From positions 8,976 through 72,975 of the forward strand of contig JBGCEP010000012.1 in assembly GCA_045106415.1 (NCBI GenBank): DNA of 64,000 bases, written 5' to 3'. A model generated the notes under the pieces. That model had not been told where the DNA came from and searched no databases. It was given only the letters and a program-made list of their open reading frames with translations. Below are positions 50,790 through 61,206 of the stretch, piece after piece; position 1 is the first letter of the stretch, and each line of letters starts with the position of its first letter. Made by a program: the position numbers and the translations under genes. Origin of the DNA: Oligoflexales bacterium (GTDB lineage Bacteria; Bdellovibrionota_B; Oligoflexia; Oligoflexales; Bog-1112).

Positions 50790-51030
50790 ACAATAAGTTC
50801 TTGTAGGTAGAAATGAGATGATAGCGCTCAGCTACACGAATGAAGACGCCTTAAATTCAAGGCATGTGGTGAGGTGGATCGGTTGGAAGATTAAAAGTTT
50901 CCTTCATAGAAACTTGGTCATCATAGACCTGCTCTCGCTTTCGCGTTATCACCTTCGTATGAACTACATCTAGCTCTTCCGACGCACACTATGTTCTTCG
51001 GTGTTTTGAGGAGAACCTTAAGCCTAGACT
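50790..51030 (-). ncRNA. Candidate large structured RNA upstream of plsB, family unknown
   Basis: GC-richer non-coding patch with several hairpins (GAAA tetraloop; G-U pairs indicate minus strand), closed by AUAGUGU/GCGCUAU. Confidence 0.55.
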
Positions 51031-51340
51031 AAGATCAAGAATGAAAAATTCTATTTATTCTTAACAGATTTTCTCTTTTTTAAAAGTTAATTCTCAATAA
51101 AAAAGCAGATAAAAACTTCGTAAATCAATAGCATATCGCAAGAAACAACTGCATCATTTTTGTTAAGACTTCATTCGGTCTCATTACAATCACAAGACCA
51201 TTTTTCTAAAAAAATATTTTCAACAAAGAATCAAAGTAAAACTTCAACATATTTGAAAATATTATATATTCCATTTTTAAGAGAAACCGGTCAAGAAATC
51301 CATACTTTTTATATAGACTGCAAACCGTATTTATAAATTG

Positions 51341-51388
51341 CAAAAAAGAACTAAAATCCAAGTCAAAACATGATTTTAGTTCTTTTTG
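51341..51388. terminator. Bidirectional terminator-like hairpin after the rodZ-like gene
   Basis: AAAAAGAACTAAAATC / GATTTTAGTTCTTTTT. Confidence 0.75.
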
Positions 51389-51394
51389 ATTCTC

Positions 51395-52279
51395 TCATAT
51401 TTTTTTCGCCGCATATATAGGCTTAGAAGCTGCAGAAAATGTAAGTTTTCTCTCACCTGATCCAAGAGGGCCAAGATCACGACCTTGAAAAAAGATATTT
51501 ACTTTTGCTGCGTCCTTGATCGTTATTGACAATGTCTCTTGAAAAGAAAGAGTTTCTACCCCTGCCTTCCATAGTTTTTCAGCTTGAGCATGATCATCAG
51601 AAGTCCAACGGATCCCAACCTCTTCCAAAACAGTGAGCTTTAGAAGCCCTCCTTCTTGCGGTTCTATCGCTTGCTCAACAAGCAGCTTTGGATCACTACC
51701 CTTTACAGACTCATCTGTATTCATCGCGCTGTCACTCGCTGCAGCGACTATAGGGGGCGCAGCAGGCTCTGTAAGCGGAGATGAAGCTACAACCTCAGCA
51801 GGCTCTGTCGCTTGCTCTACTGTAAGCTCAACCTCTCGATTTTCTCCTAAAAGAAAGTACCATCCACCCAGCGTCACGAGCCCCGCAGCAGCCAACCCTG
51901 CAAAAAACACAGGGCGGCCCCATAAGCGGGATAAAGATCGTCTTGATCTTGACATTTTGCTGTGGTGAGGAACTTCATAACGGGCCGGTTCATCATCCCA
52001 GCACATTTCATAAACATCAATAAGATCCTTAGGCGGCACGTCTAACGCAACGCACAGGTTTTTTATAAAACCTCGCCCAAAAACCTTACCTGGTAGAGAC
52101 TCAAAGTCACCGCTTTCCAAGGCCATCACAAAATTCGGTGAAATTCTTGTCGCGTGCACGAGCTCTGTTAAAGATTTTTCTCGACCTTCTCGCGCAGCGC
52201 GCAAAAAGCCACCAAAAATTTGCCGTTTTGTTTCAATCGGCAAATCTCCATCAATCGTAAGCTTGCAACCGTCGCCCAT
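51395..52279 (-). CDS. RodZ-like protein (HTH, TM, DUF4115-like C-terminus)
   Basis: G..LRAARE...SL..L...TRI.....ALESGDF..LPG.VF.RGFIK; single TM. Confidence 0.85.
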   Translation of the reverse strand: MGDGCKLTIDGDLPIETKRQIFGGFLRAAREGREKSLTELVHATRISPNFVMALESGDFESLPGKVFGRGFIKNLCVALDVPPKDLIDVYEMCWDDEPARYEVPHHSKMSRSRRSLSRLWGRPVFFAGLAAAGLVTLGGWYFLLGENREVELTVEQATEPAEVVASSPLTEPAAPPIVAAASDSAMNTDESVKGSDPKLLVEQAIEPQEGGLLKLTVLEEVGIRWTSDDHAQAEKLWKAGVETLSFQETLSITIKDAAKVNIFFQGRDLGPLGSGERKLTFSAASKPIYAAKKI

Positions 52280-52326
52280 ATCTACCTAAACTGAAGAGTA
52301 GGTTTCAATCATTCAAGGATTACACC

Positions 52327-53109
52327 TTGCAGACATTCTTAATCAGTCTAGTCCTCGGGTTTACGGCCTGTCAAACTGCGCCGATAAAACAACGTGATCT
52401 TCCACATGTGGCAGAGACACTCAAACTCGCCAAAATCCGTTTAAACGAGGGCCGTGCCGCTGATGCCCTCGATGCAATTCGCCCTCTTAGGCAAACAGTT
52501 TCAAATCATATCGACGTGCTAAGAACTTCAGGTTTAATTCACCTTGCGTTAGAAAACCACCGCAAAGCAATCTCAGAATTCAAAGCAGCCTACAGAATCG
52601 AATCTTCTGCTGAAAACGCCTTAAACCTAAGCTCCGCTATGCTGTCAGCTGGATCTCCAGAGCATGTCAAAAATATTCTGATTCCTCACCTTAACGATTC
52701 AAATTACATTCATAAAGAGCGCCTCTATCACAACCTTGCTCTTGCATCAGAACATCAAAAAAACAACAAAATTGCCATCCACTGGTATGAGAAAGCTTTA
52801 TCGGAATATCCAATTTTTTATCTATCACTGCTTCAGCTAGGACGTTTAAAAATGCAAAGCAGCCAAGAAGACCAAGCGGCTAGTTTGTTTGAACGAGCCA
52901 TAGCATCTTGCACACCGTGCTTTGACCCTGTTCGAGAACTTGTTTTATCGTATCAACAACAACATCAATACCACAAAGCCATCCGCACTCTTCGGCAACA
53001 CCTCAAAGTAAAAGACATTACTCACCCCAAAGAAGCTCATGCACTTCTACGTTCTTTATCTCGACTAGCGGTAGCAAAAAGAGCTCATAAGAGAAAGAGA
53101 CGATCATGA
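52327..53109 (+). CDS. TPR lipoprotein, PilF/PilW-like
   Basis: TAC lipobox, TPRs; next to the rodZ-like gene. Confidence 0.6.
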   Translation: MQTFLISLVLGFTACQTAPIKQRDLPHVAETLKLAKIRLNEGRAADALDAIRPLRQTVSNHIDVLRTSGLIHLALENHRKAISEFKAAYRIESSAENALNLSSAMLSAGSPEHVKNILIPHLNDSNYIHKERLYHNLALASEHQKNNKIAIHWYEKALSEYPIFYLSLLQLGRLKMQSSQEDQAASLFERAIASCTPCFDPVRELVLSYQQQHQYHKAIRTLRQHLKVKDITHPKEAHALLRSLSRLAVAKRAHKRKRRS

Positions 53110-54458
53110 ATCAGAAAATCCTTCGTACATTTTTCAGTCTTCTTATTTGGGTTCAATACTCACCATCTTTCACACAGAACACTCAAGAACAAAACCCTAT
53201 CCCTCGTTATCAAAGCCTTGAAGCATTTGCGACAGCTCTCGTTCATCTAGAGAAAATGTATGTCGACCCAGAAAAAGTTCAACAAGACCCTCTTATACTC
53301 AATGCTCTCAACGGATTAATGAAAGACCTCGACCCTCATTCCGTAATTCTTCCTCCCAAGGCCTTTGAACAACTCACAATGGACACTCGAGGAAAATTTG
53401 GCGGCATTGGCATCATCGTTTCTCAAAATAAACCAGATGAAAAAAAACCAACATCACCATCTACTTTGATGATTGTATCCGTGATAGAGGGTACTCCAGC
53501 TGCAAAAGGAGGGCTCAAAGCAGGTGATGAAATTACCGCAATTGATGATGTTTCATTAATCACAATCACTCCCAATGAAGCCGTAGAAAGAATGCAAGGT
53601 TCTATCGGGTCAACAGTCGAACTCACTCTTCGTCGCGAAGGGCTCAAAGAAACATTTTCTGTTCAGATTACACGAGCTCTGATCAAAGCCCCTTCTGTAC
53701 ATGCTCGAGACCTTGGGGCTGGCATCATCACAATGAGTATTTCCTCTTTTCAAGAAAACACCGCACGACAACTTCGAAAAAAACTCAAACTCTACCAACC
53801 AAAAATGAAAGCACTGATTCTTGACCTTAGAAATAATCCCGGAGGTCTGCTAGATCAATCTGTCAAAGTCGTTGACCTTTTTGTCGATAGCGGTCTAATC
53901 GTTTCGACAGTCGGCAGGGACAGCAGCCGCATTGAAAGAGAATACGCAAGAAAAAACGGGACATACGCAGGATTCCCAATGATTACTCTAGTCAACCAAG
54001 GTTCTGCAAGCGCGTCTGAAATTGTTGCGGGAGCGTTGCAAGATCACAAAAGATCGCTCATTATGGGAACCCCTACTTTTGGAAAAGGGTCTGTCCAAAC
54101 CTTAATTCCTCTACCGAATAAAGCAGGCCTCAAGCTCACCATTGCAAGATATTACACCCCCTTAGATCGCTCCATCCAAGGAAAAGGAATAACCCCCGAC
54201 CTTATTGTCTCCAACCAAGAAAACAAACAGCAAGCAACACGGAAAGAAGCTGATTTAAAAGGACATATTTCCGGCGGGCATTTAAGCGAAATATCCAAAG
54301 GGCATAGTTTAAGAGATCCTGTTAAAAAATGGCCAAAACCTCTGCGAAAAGATCATCAACTTGTCACAGCTTTTGTCCATCTACGAGCTTGGGCGACTCA
54401 TCTTCAAGAACACATGCAGGCTCAACAAAAAATCAACGATATTGATCAAAAGCTTTAA
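53106..54458 (+). CDS. ctpA: Carboxyl-terminal processing protease, S41
   Basis: LDPHS, GKFGGIGI PDZ, DLRNNPGG, SASASEI, FGKGSVQ. Confidence 0.93.
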   Translation: MNQKILRTFFSLLIWVQYSPSFTQNTQEQNPIPRYQSLEAFATALVHLEKMYVDPEKVQQDPLILNALNGLMKDLDPHSVILPPKAFEQLTMDTRGKFGGIGIIVSQNKPDEKKPTSPSTLMIVSVIEGTPAAKGGLKAGDEITAIDDVSLITITPNEAVERMQGSIGSTVELTLRREGLKETFSVQITRALIKAPSVHARDLGAGIITMSISSFQENTARQLRKKLKLYQPKMKALILDLRNNPGGLLDQSVKVVDLFVDSGLIVSTVGRDSSRIEREYARKNGTYAGFPMITLVNQGSASASEIVAGALQDHKRSLIMGTPTFGKGSVQTLIPLPNKAGLKLTIARYYTPLDRSIQGKGITPDLIVSNQENKQQATRKEADLKGHISGGHLSEISKGHSLRDPVKKWPKPLRKDHQLVTAFVHLRAWATHLQEHMQAQQKINDIDQKL

Positions 54459-54714
54459 AAATGGTGACGCGGTAGCTATCCAACATCCCATGCTCGACCT
54501 GCCGGCCTCGCGATGCACAAAATTTTAGATAATTACGGTAAGCTGCGTCATCAGTAAAACACTTAATAAGATATTTGCACTCCGCGCAAACCATCATAGG
54601 ATTAAATTTCGCGTTGTCGCGCACAGTACGCATACAACAATCTCGAAAACCACTCGAGCTTGTTGGTGCCGGTGTTTTTGTGTGTTCATGTTTCTGTGCT
54701 GATATATCCATCAT
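54433..54714 (-). CDS. Small cysteine-rich hypothetical protein
   Basis: DCC...CAEC.....C...C; follows lipB on the same strand. Confidence 0.6.
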   Translation of the reverse strand: MMDISAQKHEHTKTPAPTSSSGFRDCCMRTVRDNAKFNPMMVCAECKYLIKCFTDDAAYRNYLKFCASRGRQVEHGMLDSYRVTIFKAFDQYR

Positions 54715-54792
54715 TAAGGCCTCGGGTAGAGCTAAAATACGAGCGTACGAAAGTTCATCAAAAAGAACATTCGCGGCATCCTGTTCAAAGTG

Positions 54793-55497
54793 TCATAAAA
54801 TGTCAAGTTTCTCTACTGCTGAAAGGCCAATCTCAGAAAGATTTTTCGTTTCTGATGAAGATATCGACATTTTTTCTCCTAAAACCTGCAAAAGCTCCAC
54901 ACACACTTCTGTCACTTCAATTGAAGTGCCAGTTAAACGCTCCATGGTCGTAACGCCACGGTTTCGTAAACCACACGGGACAATTGTTGAAAAAACATTT
55001 AATGAATTATTAATATTCAGAGCCAGCCCATGTGTGCTGTACCGGCTTTGAATTCTTAAACCGATTGCACACAGCTTTTCATGACCGACCCAGACCCCTG
55101 GGTTCACATCATCACGGTGTGCTTGTATCCCCCAGAGAGCAGCTGTATCAATCACGACCTGCTCAAGTAAAGTTACCCAATCTTTCACTGATTCTCTCGG
55201 ATCCATCTTTACAATAGGCCAAACAACCAATTGACCTGGCATATGAGCTGTAATCAACCCTCCTCGATCACTCTGCACAACTCCAATATTTTGTAAATCA
55301 TACTCCTCGTCCGCCAACAAAAGATCTGTACGATCTGCGTGCTTACCCAATGTGACGACTGGGTCATGTTCCATACACAAAACATCAACACGCCTATTCA
55401 CTGCTTCATTCTGTTGCAGAAAAAGCTGCTGAAAAGCAACTGCTTTCTGATATGGAACTTTGCCTAAACGAATAGCTCTTAAGTGTTCACGTTGCAT
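54793..55497 (-). CDS. lipB: Octanoyltransferase
   Basis: EHDPVVTLG, RGGLITAHMPGQLV, KLCAIG, HGLALN, IVPCG. Confidence 0.95.
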   Translation of the reverse strand: MQREHLRAIRLGKVPYQKAVAFQQLFLQQNEAVNRRVDVLCMEHDPVVTLGKHADRTDLLLADEEYDLQNIGVVQSDRGGLITAHMPGQLVVWPIVKMDPRESVKDWVTLLEQVVIDTAALWGIQAHRDDVNPGVWVGHEKLCAIGLRIQSRYSTHGLALNINNSLNVFSTIVPCGLRNRGVTTMERLTGTSIEVTEVCVELLQVLGEKMSISSSETKNLSEIGLSAVEKLDIL

Positions 55498-56081
55498 AAA
55501 TGTTCAATAGCCTCAATACGATTCATAGCAGCTTGTGGAGTTTCTCCCCAAGCCCAAACTCCATGACCCTGAACAATCAGCAATTTCGCCTTCTCACACC
55601 ACCACTCTGTCAATTGGTTTTGCAAGTCTTTAAAATCATGCCTTTTAGGATTCGGAGCTAACTTCAGTTTCAATATTTCTGAGGCCTCATCACAGCCTAA
55701 AGCTTTTTGGAGCTCATCAGCCTGAAACACCCATTCAGAAATCCCTCGACTTTTTTCAACTAAAATAGGCGGGTGGACATGAACAACGCAGCCCCTCAGT
55801 CCCATGTGTTGATAAATACCTAAGTGAGCAGGTGCTTCTTCTGAAGCTTTCCAGGAGCCGTGCCTCAGAGGCACTCCAAGTTGTGAATCAATCAGAATAA
55901 ATCTTTCAGTAGATAGTTTTCCTTTACACACACCAGATGGGCTCATCCAAACCCCATGAGGGCTTGCTACAGAAAAATTCCCTGCTGTTCCAGCTGCCCA
56001 GCCTCGCAACCACGCTGCATGAGCAACATCAACCATCTGACGAACATAAACCTGCGCAAGTCCTCTCGGGTGATAAGTCAT
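55479..56081 (-). CDS. Class II aldolase family, MtnB-like dehydratase
   Basis: GNFS, SPSG, SEEAPAH..IY, VVHVH, GHGV..WG. Confidence 0.8.
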   Translation of the reverse strand: MTYHPRGLAQVYVRQMVDVAHAAWLRGWAAGTAGNFSVASPHGVWMSPSGVCKGKLSTERFILIDSQLGVPLRHGSWKASEEAPAHLGIYQHMGLRGCVVHVHPPILVEKSRGISEWVFQADELQKALGCDEASEILKLKLAPNPKRHDFKDLQNQLTEWWCEKAKLLIVQGHGVWAWGETPQAAMNRIEAIEHLCNVNT

Positions 56082-56695
56082 ACCGGAACCTCTTTAGGAT
56101 CTCCTTCCCCATGCCTCACAAGAATAGGCTCATGCTCAGTCAAATCCAAAATACTAGTTTCCAGCCAAGGAACCGCATCTCCCAAGTCTAAGATTAAATC
56201 TAAAGCATGACCATATTTCTCATCCACCTGGTAACCAAACTGCAGCAAATCTTCCTGCGGCATCGAAGTTGATAAAAGCGGTGCTCCGAGTCTCTCAATA
56301 AGATCTAGCACAAGGGGTGATTGAGGTACTCTCACACCAACATTTTCTCGCTTATCAAAAATTTGCTTAGGCAATGACTTTTGGCTTTTCAATAAAACCG
56401 TCCAAGGACCAGGGAGAATTCTTCTTAAAATTCGATATGCTGGTTGTTCCACTATAGCTAGCTCAGACACCATAGAAAGGTCTTTGCAAATCAAAGTAAA
56501 AGGCTGCTGTTTGGGGTGGGAAGGCTTCAAGCGACGCAGTTTTTGCACAGCTTTTGCCCGGCGCACATCACAAGCAAATCCCCAGTTTACATCTGTTGGG
56601 TATGCAATGACACCGTCATTCTCCAAAACATAGCACGCCTTTGCCATATCTTTTTCTGAGGTAGGATTCACCCATGTATAAATCATTTCGGCCAA
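56078..56695 (-). CDS. Sua5/YciO/YrdC (TsaC-family) protein, YciO-like
   Basis: IAYPTD, LPGPWT, KRENVGVRVP, LLSTS. Confidence 0.88.
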   Translation of the reverse strand: MAEMIYTWVNPTSEKDMAKACYVLENDGVIAYPTDVNWGFACDVRRAKAVQKLRRLKPSHPKQQPFTLICKDLSMVSELAIVEQPAYRILRRILPGPWTVLLKSQKSLPKQIFDKRENVGVRVPQSPLVLDLIERLGAPLLSTSMPQEDLLQFGYQVDEKYGHALDLILDLGDAVPWLETSILDLTEHEPILVRHGEGDPKEVPV

Positions 56696-56696
56696 A

Positions 56697-57260
56697 TTAC
56701 GGGCCCTCTTGTTTCACAAAAGATAGAAATTCATTCCGAGTTGCAGGGGTCCGGTAGCAACCTTGCATAGAGCTTGTAATAGTAAATGAGTTCTGCTTTT
56801 GAACCCCTCTCATCATCATACACAAGTGATAGCCTTCCATCACAACTCCAACTCCCTGAGGGTTTAGCCCTTCTTGTAAAGCATTGGCAATTTCGCGAGT
56901 CAAACGCTCTTGCACCTGCAGTCTTCTCGCAAAGCACTCCACCAACCTTGGAATCTTAGAAAGGCCGATCACTTTTTTATTCGGGATATAACCCACATGA
57001 CAACGACCATAAAACGGTAATAAATGATGTTCGCATAAACTGTAAAATTCAATATTACGAACAACCACCATCTCATCACAATCTTCACGAAAAACAGCTT
57101 CGTTTACGATTTCTTGAGGGTTTGTCTCATAACCTGATGTCAAAAATTTCATGCTTTTTAAATAACGGTCAGGTGTTTTTAATAAACCTTCACGCTTAGG
57201 GTCTTCCCCTAAATCTTCCAATAAACCACAAACATGATTTCTGTGTGTGTCCATATTCAT
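56697..57260 (-). CDS. folE: GTP cyclohydrolase I
   Basis: [46 protein letters not shown]. Confidence 0.97.
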   Translation of the reverse strand: MNMDTHRNHVCGLLEDLGEDPKREGLLKTPDRYLKSMKFLTSGYETNPQEIVNEAVFREDCDEMVVVRNIEFYSLCEHHLLPFYGRCHVGYIPNKKVIGLSKIPRLVECFARRLQVQERLTREIANALQEGLNPQGVGVVMEGYHLCMMMRGVQKQNSFTITSSMQGCYRTPATRNEFLSFVKQEGP

Positions 57261-57398
57261 AAAGACAACTCTTCTAAATCCAAAGCGTTACAGCAATTTA
57301 TAAAAAGCTAGCAAAAGAGACCACTTCTCTCAAGCCTGCTTGAGATAGTTGTATCAGGCCGCTTTGAGTTCCGTCCAGAATAAAACACACAACACACA

Positions 57399-58571
57399 CT
57401 AGACCTTCCCTGCTGCGAGGTCTCCTTCTCGGGCCGATTGAGAGTCCACACCAATTTTTTGATAAAACAATTCATCAATTGTCTTTTTCACCAAAATCCA
57501 AAGCAACTCTCGGTCACTTCCTCGGGCGAAAACACCTAAAGGAATCTGAAACCCTCCTTTATCTTTTCGCCCACCACCATACCAAGTACCTTCCTGGCTT
57601 TTACCAAAAACATCCTTAAGCCATTTATCAGGATCTAAAGTATGCGACCTTGTCCTTAAAGAGCCGTCTACAAACGCGTTACCGACAATCCCATACACAA
57701 CCACTGTTTCAATGCCTTCACGGTGTAAAAGATAATCTGCACATTGACCTATACCATCTCGGTCTTCTTCACGAACATAGCCCACACCCGAAAATAAATA
57801 TGTGCTACGAATATCTTTATGTTGTAAAGCGACTTGAGTCAGATCCATCGTACGCGCAGAAATCGCCTGCTTCGATATTAACGCTAAAAAATCTTTATCC
57901 ACATGCTCTGCTAAAAATTGACTCGCTGCATAATCGAGGGCCGTTGCTGTCACAAAATCATCTGTATCTGCCCGAATACCGTGCATTAATGCTGTTGCAA
58001 TACGGCTTTCTTGCGAACTTGTGCCAATAAATTCTCGCGGACAACTCATAATATACTCAGTATAAATCGCTGCTGTTGAGCCTGAGTCCTCACGAATATC
58101 AACAAACTCACCTTCAATCGTTCCAAGCGACTTATGGTGATCCACAAAAACCAATAATTCACACGCACCTGGAAGCTCAATCGGAAGATCTGCATTTTGT
58201 GAATCATTTACTGCATAGTAAGCATAAGCGTTGAGATCAAATCCCTCGCTCCACTGCTCTAAATCACAGTCTAGCTTTTTAACAAGAGCCCTGTTTTCAT
58301 GGTGAGATATTTCGTCAAAGTAAATAATTTTACTCTCAACCTCAAAACAAGCAGCTAACCACTCTAAAGCTAAACTACTCGCGATATTGTCTGGGTCTGG
58401 GTAACCTCGAATACAGATCAAAAGTTTTTTTCCACGTGCTTTTTCAAGCGCTTCAAAAAGAGCTGCTGATTTTGGAGTTATCATCGAAGTTCCCATATTC
58501 TTTCCTTCTCGAACTGCTCTAACCTCGGAAACCTGAGGATCCATGACTTTTTTTATAGCCTTCTTTGCCAT
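57399..58571 (-). CDS. DHH-family phosphoesterase
   Basis: PDPD, VND, VDHH, GIRADT, GSLR, GGGR. Confidence 0.85.
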   Translation of the reverse strand: MAKKAIKKVMDPQVSEVRAVREGKNMGTSMITPKSAALFEALEKARGKKLLICIRGYPDPDNIASSLALEWLAACFEVESKIIYFDEISHHENRALVKKLDCDLEQWSEGFDLNAYAYYAVNDSQNADLPIELPGACELLVFVDHHKSLGTIEGEFVDIREDSGSTAAIYTEYIMSCPREFIGTSSQESRIATALMHGIRADTDDFVTATALDYAASQFLAEHVDKDFLALISKQAISARTMDLTQVALQHKDIRSTYLFSGVGYVREEDRDGIGQCADYLLHREGIETVVVYGIVGNAFVDGSLRTRSHTLDPDKWLKDVFGKSQEGTWYGGGRKDKGGFQIPLGVFARGSDRELLWILVKKTIDELFYQKIGVDSQSAREGDLAAGKV

Positions 58572-58622
58572 CTACAGCCTCGCTATATCATACAGAAGAT
58601 GTGCTTCCGAGTTGCACTCACC

Positions 58623-59846
58623 TCAACATGCCACAGTTTTTAGATTCAACAGCTGCAAAACTTTCCGATTTGTTGGAAAGTCTCGAAACAAGAACCCATT
58701 TTTTGGAAAATAATTTGAATTTTCAATCAGTTGAGAAATATGCGGTGTTTTTGCAAGAGCCTGACTAACACCAATAAGAATAGGCGGATTTTTTACATAA
58801 GACTCCATCTGCTGCAACCTCAGTTCACATGCACTTGAATGCCATTTATGAAACAACTCCACTGGTTTTACAACACTGGTGCCACCAGATTTTAGTGGTG
58901 TTGAAAAAAATTCCATATCTGGAAAACAATAACTTTCATCTCCCAAATGAAAAAAACTATTTCCTGCTCTCACCTGCCAATCTGTTGAACTTTTATTAAA
59001 ACCCTTCATAAAACTACCAAACTCTTCGGGAACCCAAGAAGCTTGATGCACACGCGGAGGTTTTAATCCAGAGGTTTCATCCAGTTTTAATAAAACAGCC
59101 CCTCGTAAAGAATCGACTTCAGCTTCCAGCTCCCAATGTGATGATGCAATCGCCCAAGTTAAAAAACTTGCTAACTTAAATCCATACGCTTGTGATTGCT
59201 GATGAATACTCAAGGGACCTGAGACTTCGACTCGAAACACACCATCTTTCGTTGAGTACGGCTCAAGTAACAATCGGAAAAATCTTAAACCACGTACAAA
59301 CCTTCTTTTTTCAGCAACGTCAACATTCTTTAAAGTCCAAATAACTTTCTTGGCTCTTAACAGCAAACCTTGAACTTGAGAACAATTATATCGACGGATC
59401 AACTCAACAGCAGAGCTTACCTTCTGTTTTTTCAATATACGATTTTCATCAAGGTCGGCATAAAAACTATCCCCAAATGTATCAAAATCACAATGTACAT
59501 CTTGTGCCACCAATTGCTGGAAACATTCGTAAGAGCCCTGTGATTTCTTATGCCATGACGGCCATTTTCGATACACTTCCCATCTCATCTGATCAAATGA
59601 TTCTGGCTCACTCAAAACCATTTGATCCTTTAAAAGCTTAGAAAAACCTCTATCTCTTTTTTGTGTTGTTAAACCCAGGTCTTGTAAACTCTGATCTAAT
59701 TCTCCTTGAGTCAAACCTTCATGTTGTTGAAAAATACTCAAGAGGTTTTGCGCGGACGCTAAAACTTTTGAATCTTTTTCACACAATAATGACGGATACA
59801 CACGCCCTTGTCTTACTGTATGCTTAAGAAGGTCTTTGGTAAGCAC
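58623..59846 (-). CDS. DUF790 (Bax1-family) nuclease
   Basis: GTG start MLTKDLL, YADL, LIRRYN...VQGLL.RA, SGPLS......YG.KLA, FPD...E. Confidence 0.85.
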   Translation of the reverse strand: MLTKDLLKHTVRQGRVYPSLLCEKDSKVLASAQNLLSIFQQHEGLTQGELDQSLQDLGLTTQKRDRGFSKLLKDQMVLSEPESFDQMRWEVYRKWPSWHKKSQGSYECFQQLVAQDVHCDFDTFGDSFYADLDENRILKKQKVSSAVELIRRYNCSQVQGLLLRAKKVIWTLKNVDVAEKRRFVRGLRFFRLLLEPYSTKDGVFRVEVSGPLSIHQQSQAYGFKLASFLTWAIASSHWELEAEVDSLRGAVLLKLDETSGLKPPRVHQASWVPEEFGSFMKGFNKSSTDWQVRAGNSFFHLGDESYCFPDMEFFSTPLKSGGTSVVKPVELFHKWHSSACELRLQQMESYVKNPPILIGVSQALAKTPHISQLIENSNYFPKNGFLFRDFPTNRKVLQLLNLKTVAC

Positions 59847-61206
59847 TATGCTGACGCCTCCTCTCATGAACAAACATTTCACTGGTTTCATTTGCAACGA
59901 CTTCGTACATCACAGCAGACTTCCCCGGCGCAGACCGTAGAATACGGCCTAACCTTTGAACATGCTCACGTATTTGCCCACTTCCTGACATGACAACGGC
60001 AACACTTGCTTCGGGCACATCAACCCCCTCGTTAAGAACTTTTGAAGTTACCAAAGATTGAATGTCACCATCTCGAAAAGATTGAAGCAATTTTTTTCTT
60101 TCTTGCGGCTTTGTTTGACACGTTAAAACTGGCAATAAAAACATTTGCCCAATTTTATAAGCCACCCGATTAGTTGAAGTAAAAACAATGACCCGTTCCC
60201 CAGCATGAGTACATAAAATCTCCCACAAAGCTTTAAATTTACCATCAGCGCTTGAAGCCACCTTACTTTGCGTTCTCCATGCACGAAGTGCTTCTCGACC
60301 CTCATCACCACTTCTAGCCACTTCACTTAAAAGATGCTGCCATCCTCGAGCCCCTCCCAAACGCACACCTCTTACCTGGCAAAAAGTCTTCCATATTTGT
60401 CTTTGCGATTCATAAACCTGTCTTTCTTCTTCTGTCAGGTCAACAGGAACTTCCACCACATCATAAGGAGCTAAAACGTTCTCTGTGAGTTCTTCGATTC
60501 TCGTTTCATGAACCTTTGGCCCTAGAAGCTCAAAAACCAAACCTTCCTGACCATCTCCTCGCTCTAACGTTGCGGTTAAACCAAGGCGAAATGGCGCCAA
60601 ACACCCTCTAGCCACGAGCTGATGGTTAGGGCCTGGTAGGTGATGGCACTCATCCACAATAAGAAACCCAAAACGCGCACCAATTTGATCTAAAAGAAGT
60701 TTTGCGCTCTCAAATGTGGAGACAGTAATATCTTCCACCTGCCTTTCACCACCACCTAAACAGCCTATATCTCGCTTAAACGCATGTGTTAACACTTCAC
60801 GCCACTGATGCATCAAATCAATCGTCGGAACAATAATCAAAGTCGGGCGGGCAACCTTAACCATAGCCATCATAGCGACAAAGGTCTTCCCGGCACCTGT
60901 AGGTAAAATGACAACACCTCGCCTTTGGCCTACTTCCCAAAAGCGATCAATTGCAAGTTGTTGATAAGGGCGTGGAGTTTTATCACCAAGCGTTAACTCT
61001 AATGGCTGATGTTCATAGCCTCGCGCGAGGTCCTGTAATGGAATATGATATTTATGAGCCATCATCATAATATCTCGATAAGCCATTGCTGGAGCCGTCC
61101 AGCAAAGTGTTCTATCATCGAAACAGACACTAGGAAGCTTCTCAGCGAGATTTTTATCAATATCTCGCAAAACAACAAGTCCATCTTGAAAACTTATCGT
61201 GGCCAA
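59824..61206 (-). CDS. XPB/Rad25-like SF2 helicase
   Basis: PRPYQ, LPTGAGKT, VDECHHL, LGLTAT, VLNEGVDVP, QRLGRILR; GGAG RBS with TTG at 61206. Confidence 0.9.
   Translation of the reverse strand: MATISFQDGLVVLRDIDKNLAEKLPSVCFDDRTLCWTAPAMAYRDIMMMAHKYHIPLQDLARGYEHQPLELTLGDKTPRPYQQLAIDRFWEVGQRRGVVILPTGAGKTFVAMMAMVKVARPTLIIVPTIDLMHQWREVLTHAFKRDIGCLGGGERQVEDITVSTFESAKLLLDQIGARFGFLIVDECHHLPGPNHQLVARGCLAPFRLGLTATLERGDGQEGLVFELLGPKVHETRIEELTENVLAPYDVVEVPVDLTEEERQVYESQRQIWKTFCQVRGVRLGGARGWQHLLSEVARSGDEGREALRAWRTQSKVASSADGKFKALWEILCTHAGERVIVFTSTNRVAYKIGQMFLLPVLTCQTKPQERKKLLQSFRDGDIQSLVTSKVLNEGVDVPEASVAVVMSGSGQIREHVQRLGRILRSAPGKSAVMYEVVANETSEMFVHERRRQHSAYQRPS

Noticed and set aside
50820..50995. Firm call as a lysine riboswitch
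   Set aside because: Only partial landmark similarity; no AGAGG start, loop-E or kink-turn arm, and the downstream gene is plsB. Kept as an unknown RNA.
57261..57398. Riboswitch upstream of folE
   Set aside because: Only one short hairpin (TCTCAAGC/GCTTGAGA) and no recognisable aptamer consensus.
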